A stretch of DNA of 64,000 nt from an uncultured Chloroflexia bacterium. GTDB taxonomy: Bacteria; Chloroflexota; UBA6077; JACCZL01. A model generated the notes under the pieces. The model did not search any database and was not told the DNA's origin. It saw nothing but the letters and a program-made list of their open reading frames with translations. Of the stretch, positions 61,095-64,000 are shown one piece after another; within the stretch, counting starts at the first letter, position 1, and each line of letters begins with the position of its first letter. The position numbers were made by a program, and so were the translations under genes. Location of the stretch: NCBI GenBank assembly GCA_963765765.1, contig CAVXYC010000018.1:64001-128000 (forward strand), written 5' to 3'.

Positions 61095-62309
61095 ATGACT
61101 GAGCCAACGCTTCGTATTGGCCTGGTGGGCCTTGGCCGGGCCGCCACCGGCACGTTGCCATCCATGCAGAGGCATCCGAATATCACGGTAACCGGCGCGG
61201 CCGATATACGGCCGGAGGTCATCGAGCAATTCCGCGCGGACGCGGGGGTGGACGGCTTCACCAGTGTCGAAGCGCTGTGCGACAGCGGCACCGTGGACGC
61301 GGTCTACATCGCGACACCCACGCACCTCCACACGGAGCACGTGATCGCGGTGGCGGAGCGCGGCAAGCATGTGATGGTGGAAAAACCGATGGCGATCACC
61401 CTGGATGACGCCGAGAAGATGATCGACGTCACCACGAAAAACGGCGTGCAATTTCAGGTGGGGCACTCACAGAGCTACGAGCCACCGGCCAGAAAGATCC
61501 GCGAGATCGTCCAGAGCGGCATCCTCGGCAACCTGACCATGATGCACAACTGGTACTACAACGACTGGCTGTATCGACCCCGCCTACCCGATGAGCTGAA
61601 TACCGCGCGTGGCGGAGGCATCGTCTTCCGCCAGGGCGCCCACCAGTTCGACATCATGCGTCTGATCGCCGGTGGATTTGTGAACACCGTGCGAGCGTAT
61701 ACAGGTCGATGGGATCCTGATCGGCCGACAGAGGGTGCTCAGACCGCTTATCTGGAATTCGACGGCGGGGTCGTGGCCACGGCGGTATACAGCGCCTACG
61801 ACCGCTTCTATACAACCGAATTCACCAAGATAAACGAAGGCGGCCAGGAAGCCAAGCCCGGAGAGTACGCACAGGCCCGAATGGCCATTCGTAACGCCGG
61901 GGCCGGTGGCGAGGAAGCGCTCAAGTCCCAAGGCCGCTACGGCGGCGCACGTCAGCAGGCGGGAGCATCTCCGCAGGCGCGACACCAGTCATTTTTTGGC
62001 CTGAGCATTATTAGCTGCGAGAAGGGCGATATCCGCCAATCGCCCGACGGCTTACTGATCTATGGCGAGGATCGCATGTGGGAAGAGCCGCTCACGCCGG
62101 GCATTGTGGGCCGCGACCTCATGGTGGACGAGTTCTACCGCGCCATTCGCTCGGGCACTCCCCCAAACAACGATGGACGCTGGGCCATGGGCACACTGGA
62201 AGTGACTCTAGCCGTCCTGGAATCGTCCCGCGAGCATCGGGAGGTGTCACTCTCGCACCAGGTTGCCACGCGCGATGAGGCTCTCTCACTGAAGCCGAGC
62301 TGGATGTAG
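61095..62309 (+). CDS. Gfo/Idh/MocA oxidoreductase, phthalate 4,5-cis-dihydrodiol dehydrogenase-like
   Basis: GLGRA, IATP..LH, VEKPMA, DWLYRPR.PDEL.T..GGG.VF.QGAHQ.D. Confidence 0.87.
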   Translation: MTEPTLRIGLVGLGRAATGTLPSMQRHPNITVTGAADIRPEVIEQFRADAGVDGFTSVEALCDSGTVDAVYIATPTHLHTEHVIAVAERGKHVMVEKPMAITLDDAEKMIDVTTKNGVQFQVGHSQSYEPPARKIREIVQSGILGNLTMMHNWYYNDWLYRPRLPDELNTARGGGIVFRQGAHQFDIMRLIAGGFVNTVRAYTGRWDPDRPTEGAQTAYLEFDGGVVATAVYSAYDRFYTTEFTKINEGGQEAKPGEYAQARMAIRNAGAGGEEALKSQGRYGGARQQAGASPQARHQSFFGLSIISCEKGDIRQSPDGLLIYGEDRMWEEPLTPGIVGRDLMVDEFYRAIRSGTPPNNDGRWAMGTLEVTLAVLESSREHREVSLSHQVATRDEALSLKPSWM

Positions 62310-62497
62310 GCGGGCGAATTAGACCGAACTGCCGGTACGATAAGAGCAGGTATCACCCGTAGTGGCGTCCTCTTTGCGGGCGCCACCTTGAACTCCCTGT
62401 AGCAATCGCGGGAATAGCGATTTAGGTGGCGCCCGCAAGAGGACGCCACTACGGGTTGTCATCTCGGGCCGGCCAATGGCTTACTGGAGAAGGAATC

Positions 62498-63244
62498 ATG
62501 GCACGATTAACTGACCGCGTAGCAGTCGTCTCCGGCGCGGCGATGGGCATGGGTCAAGCCGCGGCGATTCGACTGGCCACCGAGGGCGCCACAATCGCGA
62601 TCATCGACCGCGCTGATGCCAGCGAGACGATCGAACAGGTGAAGGAAGCGGGCTCCACTTCCGAAGGCTTCGTCTGCGATGTCACCGATGAGAATCAGGT
62701 CAACGACACCGCAAAGAAAATCAACGACCGGTTCGGTAGGATCGACATCCTGGTGAACAACGCGGGCAAGATCTCACCGCGGATTCCCTGGAACGAGCAC
62801 ACCAAGGCCCAGGTAGAAGAGTTCATCAACATCAACTACGTCGGCTATTTTCTGGTGACCAAAGCCGTCTATCCGTTCCTCAAGCAGAGCGCAACACCGC
62901 GCGTCATCAACGTGGCGTCGCGAACCTTCTTCCTGGCCGGTCCGGGGCAGATGGGGTACGTAGCCAGTAAAGGCGCCGTGGTCGGCATGACTCGCGTGCT
63001 GGCGCGAGAGATGGGCGAAGATGGGATCACGGTAAACGCCGTCATGCCGGGTCAGATCGCCACACCGGGCACGCGCCAGTACAACGAAGAAGAAGTCTTC
63101 AATCGCACCATGGCGAATCAGGCGATCAAGAAGCGCGGCATGCCGGAGCATCTGGCGGCGCTGATCGCGTTCCTCGCCTCCGATGACGCTGAGATCATTA
63201 CCGGCCAGACGATCATCTGCGACGGTGGCGGGTTCATGCACTAA
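62498..63244 (+). CDS. SDR family oxidoreductase
   Basis: SGAAMGMG, NNAG, YVASK, PG.I.T, DGG. Confidence 0.93.
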   Translation: MARLTDRVAVVSGAAMGMGQAAAIRLATEGATIAIIDRADASETIEQVKEAGSTSEGFVCDVTDENQVNDTAKKINDRFGRIDILVNNAGKISPRIPWNEHTKAQVEEFININYVGYFLVTKAVYPFLKQSATPRVINVASRTFFLAGPGQMGYVASKGAVVGMTRVLAREMGEDGITVNAVMPGQIATPGTRQYNEEEVFNRTMANQAIKKRGMPEHLAALIAFLASDDAEIITGQTIICDGGGFMH

Positions 63245-63262
63245 CCTCGAATGGACGACTAT

Positions 63263-63385
63263 GCCGACTCCGTAGCGCGGTGGTCTTGTGCCTCGCGCCT
63301 CGAGGAACCTCAGGCCGTGAAACGTGCATGGACGAGGTGATTTCTCGAGGCGCGGGGCACAAGACCACCGCGCTACGGAGTCGGC
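63263..63385. repeat. GTAG-type REP inverted pair
   Basis: GCCGACTCCGTAGCGCGGTGGTCTTGTGCC... and near-perfect reverse complement ...GGCACAAGACCACCGCGCTACGGAGTCGGC. Confidence 0.75.
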
Positions 63386-63450
63386 TCGCATTCGACTGGC
63401 GGCCGGTGTTTAATGCGCCCGACTCAGTAGGCTTCCTTAGAGCCCTCATC

Positions 63451-64000
63451 ATGTGCAGCGCGGCAATCATCTTGCGCGGTTTTCTGTTCTTCGCCGTGAG
63501 CTTAGTGCTCGTCTTCGGGCAAGCGGCGGTCGCGCGCGCCGTTGATGACAGCACACTCCAGGTGAAGATCCAGGCGATCAACGACCTTCATGGCGGGATC
63601 GACTCGAGCAGGCGCGTGGGAAATCGACCCACGGCTGGCGCCCAGTATCTGGCCGCGATCATGAATCAGAAAGCTGCCGGCCATCCTCACGTGCTGCGCG
63701 TGGGCGCCGGAGACATGGTGGGTGCGAGCCCGTCCGTCTCCGCCCTGCTCCAGGACGAGCCCACCATCCGCGTGCTCAATTCACTTGGGCTGATCGTCAA
63801 CACACCGGGCAATCACGAGTTCGATGAGGGCATTGGGGAGTTCTTCCGACTTTCGATCGGGGGCTGTCACCCGGCGACGGGTTGTTTCGAGGGCGCCAGT
63901 TTTCAGCAGATCTCAGCCAATATCGTCGTTGATGCCACCGGCGAGCCGCTTCTTGCGCCGTACCGCGTGGAAATCGTCGATGGCATACCGATCGGGTTCA
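63451..64000 (+). CDS. Secreted 5'-nucleotidase / metallophosphoesterase, 3' end outside window
   Basis: Manual translation: signal peptide, INDLHG, AGDMVGASP, QDEPT, GNHEFDEG, SANI. Confidence 0.9.
   Translation, partial: MCSAAIILRGFLFFAVSLVLVFGQAAVARAVDDSTLQVKIQAINDLHGGIDSSRRVGNRPTAGAQYLAAIMNQKAAGHPHVLRVGAGDMVGASPSVSALLQDEPTIRVLNSLGLIVNTPGNHEFDEGIGEFFRLSIGGCHPATGCFEGASFQQISANIVVDATGEPLLAPYRVEIVDGIPIGF

Noticed and set aside
161-63690. Numerous long antisense and overlapping ORFs in the ORF track
   Set aside because: They are shadow frames of GC-rich genes, Arg/Ala/Pro-rich and without recognisable motifs.

Overview
GC-rich bacterial chromosomal window. Chloroflexota-like origin is inferred from Ala/Pro-linker lipoprotein binding proteins, LGFP-like repeats and many LLM, cupin and Rieske paralogues. 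Most of the window encodes aromatic, N- and S-compound catabolism and transport: a DesZ-like extradiol dioxygenase, three Rieske oxygenase alpha subunits, a phthalate-type dihydrodiol dehydrogenase, amidohydrolases, cupins, a Dpp-type ABC operon and several MFS carriers. Housekeeping genes (pcrA, serA, csaA-like) are also present. About 15 genes are split by single-base frameshifts, probably long-read consensus errors. The outstanding region is 3.4-10.7 kb. It holds two paralogous secreted proteins with acidic tails, one ending in exactly 100 consecutive Asp from mixed GAT/GAC codons. Between them is a DCC-family thiol-disulfide oxidoreductase whose first CxxC cysteine is an in-frame TGA followed by a SECIS-like hairpin (probable selenoprotein). 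Downstream are two small membrane-anchored paralogues, an HTTM (vitamin K-dependent carboxylase-like)-CapA fusion and a secreted alpha/alpha-barrel protein. Together these are a candidate system for making or modifying an extracellular poly-Asp polyanion; the function is inference only. Items missing from the ORF track include a 44-aa DltX-like peptide, a start-less Excalibur domain and an EAL remnant. A REP-flanked RAYT pseudogene is also present. No rRNA, tRNA or CRISPR array was seen. All family assignments come from motif recognition by eye, not database searches.
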